NCBI RefSeq assembly: GCF_009914755.1
Contig: NC_060940.1
From: the human T2T-CHM13v2.0 reference genome, Homo sapiens
Reading direction: 5' to 3' (one strand)
DNA: 64,000 nt
Part shown: piece after piece, positions 59,901-64,000 of the stretch
How positions within the stretch are numbered: the first letter of the stretch is position 1
Layout: the number at the start of each line of letters is the position of its first letter
Translations under genes and position numbers: made by a program
Notes under the pieces: generated by a model
The model's database searches: none
What the model was told of the DNA's origin: nothing
What the model saw: only the letters and a program-made list of their open reading frames with translations

Positions 59901-62749
59901 TCCATTTGATGATGATTCCATTTGATTCCATTCGATGGTGATTCCATTTGATGATTCCATTCGATTGTATTCGATGATGATTCCACTCGATTCTATTTGA
60001 TGATGACTGCATTCGATTCCATTTGATGATTCCATTTGATTCCATTCGATGATGATTCTGATCAATTGCATTCGATGATCCATTCGATTCCATTTGATGG
60101 TTCCATTTGATTCCATTTGATAATGATTCCTTTCGAGTCCATTCGATGATTCCATTTGCGGATATTCGATAATTCCATTTGAGTCCAACCGATGATTCCA
60201 TTCGAGGCCATTCAATCATTCTTTTTGAGTCCTTTCGATAAAGATTCCATTTTAGTCCATTCAATAATTCCACTGGAGTCCATTCGATGATTGCTTTTAA
60301 TTCCATTCGATGATATTCCATTCGAGTCCATTCGATGATTCCATTCGTTGCTATTAGATGATGATTCCATTCATGACCATTTGGTGATTCCATTCGATTT
60401 CATTCGTTGATGATTCCATTCGAGTCCATTCCATGATTCCATTCAAGTCCATTTGATGATTTCTTTGAATTCAATTCGATGATGATTCCATTCGAGTCCA
60501 TTCGATGATTCCATTCAGTTCCATTCGATGATGATTCCTTTCGAGACCATATGATGATTCCATTTGATTTCATTCGATGATGATTCCATTCGATTCCATT
60601 CGATGATTCCATTCTATTCCATTCGATGATGATTCCATTCGAGTCCATTTAATGATTCCATTGGGTTCAATTCAATGATGATTACATTGGATTCTCTTCT
60701 ATGATACCATTCAATTCCGTTCATTGACAATTTGATTCCATTCGATGATGATTCCATTTGAGTTCATTCGATGATTCTATTCGATTCTCTTCGATGGTGA
60801 TTCAATTCTATTATATTGGATGATTCCATTCGATTCCATTTGATGTTGATTCAATTCGATTCTATTCGATGATGATTCCATTGGATTTCATTTGATGATT
60901 CTATTCGATTCCATTCAATGATGATTCACTTCTCGTCCATTGGATGATTCCATTTCATTCCATTCGATGATGATTCCATTCGATTCCATTCGATGATTCC
61001 ATTTGATTCCATTCGACGGTGAGCAATTCGATTCAATTCCATGATGATTCTATTTGATTCAGTTAGATGATGTTTCCATTCGAATCCATTCCATGATTAT
61101 TCCATTGGAATCCATTCGGCGATGATTCCATATGAGTCAATTCAATGATGCTTCCATATGGGTCAGTTCGATGATAATTCCATTTGATTTCATTCGATGC
61201 TTCTATTCAATTCCAGTCGATGATGATTCCGTTGGAGTCCATACGATGACTCCATTTGATTTCATTTGATGGTGATTCCATTCGATTCCATTCGATGACT
61301 CCATTCTGTTCCATTCGATGATGATTCCATTCGAGTCCATTCGATGATTCCATTCGAGTCCATTTCATGATTCCATTGGGTTCAATTCGATGATGATTAC
61401 ACTGGATTCCATTCTATGATTCCATTCAATTCCATTCGTTGATGATTCGATTCCATTCAATGATGATTCCATTTGAGTTCATTCGATGATTCTATTCGAT
61501 TCCGTTCGATGGTGATTCAATTCTATTATATTGGATGATTCCATTCGATTCCATTTGATGATGATTCCATTCGATTCCATTCGATGATGATTCCATTTGA
61601 TTCCATTTGATGTTGATTCTATTCGATTCTATTCAATGATGATTCCATTCGATTTCATTTGATGATTCTATTCGATTCCTTTCGATGATTCTATTCCATT
61701 CCATTCGATGATGATTCAATTCTCTTCCATTGGATGATTCCATTTTATTCCATTCGACGATGACTCCATTTGATTCCATTCAATGATGATTCCATTCGAT
61801 TCCATTCGGTGATTCCATTTGATTCCATTCGACGGTGAGCAATTTGATTCAATTCCATAATGATTCTATTTGATTCAATTAGATGATGTTTCCATTCGAA
61901 TCCATTCGGTGATGATTCCATTGGTATCCATTCGACGATGATTCCATATGAGTCAATTCGATGATGATTCCATACGAGTCCGTTGGATGATAATTCCATT
62001 TGATTTCATTCAATCCTTCTATTCGATTCCATTTGATGATGATTCCATCTGAATCCATTCTCCGATTCCATTCGATTTCATTCGATGCTTCTATTTGATT
62101 TCATTCGAAGATGATTCCTTTCAATTCCGTTCATTAATTCCATTTGATTCCATTCGATGATGATTCCATCCGATTCCATTGGATGATGATTCCATTCGAG
62201 TCCATTCGATGATTCCGTTCTAATCCATTCTATGATTCCATTCGAGTCCATTCGATGATTCCATTCGATTCCATTCAGTGATGATTCCATTTGATTCCAT
62301 CTGATGATGATTTCATTTGATTCCATTCGATGATGATTCCATTGGAGTCCATTGAATGATTCAATTCAATTCCATTCCATGTGGATTCCATTCGAATTCA
62401 TTCGATTATTCCATTCAAATCCCTTCGTTGATTCCATCTGATTCCACTTGACGATGATTCCATTCAAGTCCAATCGATGATTCCATTCGGTTCCATTCAA
62501 TGATTCCATTCGAGTCCATTTATGTATTATATTCGTGTCCACTTGATGACTCACTCCATTCAATTCCATTTAATGATGATTCCATTTGATTCCATTTGAT
62601 GATTCAGTTCGATTCCTTACAATGATTCCCTACGATTCCTTTCTATGATGATTCCATTCGATTCCATTCATTGATGATTCCATTCGACTCCATTCGATGA
62701 TGATTCCTTTCGATTCCATTTGACGATGTTTCCATTTGAGTCCATTCGA
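50917..62749 (+). repeat. Higher-order repeat unit 5 (11,833 bp = core + 4; single 840-bp module)
   Basis: Landmarks 51177 to 63010. Confidence 0.93.
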
Positions 62750-64000
62750 TGATGATTCAATTCAGTTCTGTTCTATTGTGAATCCATTCGATTTCATTCA
62801 ATGCTTCTATTTGATTCCATTCGACGATGATTCCATCTCTTTCCCTTCGATGATTCCATTTGATTCCATTCAGTGATGATTCCATTTGATTCCATCTGAT
62901 GATGATTTCACTTGATTCATTTCAATGATGATTCCATTCAAGTCCATTCGATGATTCCATTGGAGTCCAAACGATCATTCCATTCGATTCCATTCAATGA
63001 TGATTCCATTCATGTCCATTCAAAGAATCCTTTCAATTCCATTCGATGATGACTCCATTCGAGTACATTCGATGATTCCATTTGATTCCATTTGATGATG
63101 ATTACATTCAATTCCATTCGAAGATGATTCCATTCAATTCCACTTGATGATGATTCCGTATGAATCCATTCGCTGATTATTCCATTCGATTCCATTCATT
63201 GACGATTCCATTCGATTCCATTCAATGATGATTCTCTTCTATTGCATTCGATGATTCCGTTCGATTCCATTCGATGATGATTCCATTAGATTCCATTCGA
63301 TTGTTGCATTCGATTCCCTTCGATGATGATTCCTTTGAATTCCATTCGATTATGATTCCGTATGAATCCATTTGATGATTATTCCATTGGATTCCTTTCG
63401 ATGATGATTCCATTCGATTCCATTTGATGATGTTTCTCATGTATTCCATTTGATAATTCCTTTCAATTCCCTTCGATGATGATTCTTTCGAGTCAATTCG
63501 ATGATTCTATTCCATTCCCTTCGATGATGATTCCATTTCACTCCATTCGATGATTCCATTCGATTCAATTTGGTGATGATTCAATTCGATGACATTCGAT
63601 GACTCCATTCAATTTCATTTGATGATGATTACATTCGAGTCCATTTGATGATTGTATTCCTTTCCTTTTGATGATTATTCCATTCGTGTCTATTCAAAGA
63701 TTCCATTCTATTCCATTCAATGATGATTCCAATTGATTCCATTCAATGATTATGGCTATCGATTCCACTCGTTGATTCCATTTGATTCCATTCGATGATT
63801 ATTCCGTTAGATTCCATTAGGAGATTCCATTCGATTTTATTCAATGATTCCAATTGATTCCATTCAATGATGATTCCAATCCACTCCGTTCAGTGATTCC
63901 ATTTGAGTCCATTTGAGGATTCCATTCGAGTCCATTTGATGATTCCATTCTTTTCCATTTGATGATGATTCCATTAGGGTCCATTCAATGATTCCATTCG
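62750..64000 (+). repeat. Partial higher-order unit 6 (5' end)
   Basis: Matches 1215-2465; ORF landmarks 63010 and 63222 correspond to 1475 and 1687. Confidence 0.9.

Larger units (their letters stand above)
1..64000 (+). repeat. Classical satellite II (HSat2/HSATII-like) array, CATTC strand on +
   Basis: Continuous degenerate (ATTCC/ATTCG) pentamers interrupted by ATG/ATGATG. The typical 23/26-bp unit is ATTCCATTCG A(T/G)TCCATTCG ATG(ATG), rich in TCGA and GA(T/G)TC sites. Frequent CATTCGATG and CATTCGAGTC distinguish it from HSat3, which has long pure CATTC runs. No strand switch seen. Confidence 0.96.

Noticed and set aside
279-63449. Numerous minus-strand ORFs of 60-193 aa (MESNGIIEW-type), e.g. 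10106-10687
   Set aside because: They are translations of the GGAAT/CGAAT/CATCAT strand, which is inherently stop-poor. They overlap in all three frames, are low complexity and recur only because of the higher-order repeat. The + strand lacks ORFs because of its TGA-rich GATGATGA motif. Database proteins of this type are typically spurious satellite translations.
1-64000. CRISPR-like repeat/spacer array
   Set aside because: There are no invariant repeats separated by unique spacers and no cas genes; the intervening sequence is itself degenerate satellite.
1-64000. Alpha satellite, HSat3, HSat1 or telomeric repeat
   Set aside because: There is no 171-bp monomer or CENP-B box, no long pure (CATTC)n runs, no AT-only 42-mer and no TTAGGG arrays; the isolated TTAGGG at ~2439 and ~9769 are point variants.
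1-64000. Inversion or embedded Alu/L1 insertion
   Set aside because: No GAATG-rich tract was seen on the + strand, there are no + strand ORFs, and there is no poly(A) or GC-rich non-satellite stretch longer than ~45 bp.
1-64000. Assignment to a specific chromosome, HSat2 subfamily or species
   Set aside because: This needs k-mer or alignment comparison with reference assemblies and cannot be supported by eye.

Overview
The whole 64 kb window is one uninterrupted, single-orientation primate classical satellite array. It is CATTC/GAATG-derived, with the CATTCGATTCCATTCGATGAT(GAT) and CATTCGAGTC motifs of human satellite II (HSat2/HSATII), most likely from pericentromeric heterochromatin. I find no credible genes, RNAs, transposons or CRISPR arrays; all listed ORFs are translations of the GAATG strand. 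The real structure is nested. Degenerate 5/10/23/26-bp monomers are homogenised into a near-identical higher-order unit with an 11,829-bp core. There are five complete copies (12,665; 12,545; 11,823; 12,669; 11,833 bp) plus two partial ones. The length differences are fully explained by an optional 840-bp tandem duplication, a 124-bp deletion, a 10-bp deletion and two 4-bp indels. Shared variants indicate an approximately 24.4-24.5 kb dimeric super-period (units 2+3 resemble units 4+5), overlaid by mosaic exchange. I see no evidence of a new gene-based biological system; the interest lies in satellite architecture and evolution. Species and chromosome cannot be fixed from the sequence alone.
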